A stretch of DNA of 64,000 bases, taken from assembly GCF_009914755.1 (NCBI RefSeq), contig NC_060928.1; one strand, 5' to 3'. Of the stretch, positions 63,952-64,000 are shown piece by piece. Origin of the DNA: the human T2T-CHM13v2.0 reference genome, Homo sapiens. Within the stretch, counting starts at the first letter, position 1, and every line of letters begins with the position of its first letter. The notes under the pieces are model-generated. The model worked only from the letters and a program-made list of their open reading frames with translations, ran no database searches and was not told the DNA's origin. The position numbers were made by a program, and so were the translations under genes.

Positions 63952-64000
63952 AGTGATCAAATGGTGTCAGCCAAAGCATTCTGTAGTGTAGTGGTATCAG

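Overview
Mammalian genomic DNA that I recognise from its encoded proteins as the human albumin-family cluster. The + strand carries the 3' half of ALB (exons 8-15, 1123-~9185), a ~15 kb intergenic region with the AFP enhancers, silencer and promoter, and the complete 15-exon AFP gene (TSS ~23941, CDS 23985-42936, 1830 nt = 609 aa + stop, poly(A) ~43431). The last ~20 kb is almost entirely retroelements: L2, Alu, several L1s and a full THE1 MaLR provirus. All exons were placed by hand at canonical AG/GT sites and give continuous reading frames. I found no new gene or multi-gene system; nearly all short ORFs in the track are exon read-throughs, Alu/L1/THE1 fragments or low-complexity artefacts. 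The best leads are: (i) the HNF1-type sites of the AFP enhancer appear to lie inside old transposons (a MER81-like hAT and a MIR); (ii) a 303-bp near-perfect direct duplication flanks AFP exon 8; (iii) a candidate GATA/CACCC upstream promoter and exons could give signal-peptide-less AFP; (iv) a perfect 29-bp fold-back hairpin in an L1; (v) a twin-primed, TSD-bounded mini-L1; (vi) a CpG-rich unassigned segment ending in a palindrome cluster. Repeat subfamily names and literature links come from memory and need RepeatMasker/Dfam and literature confirmation.
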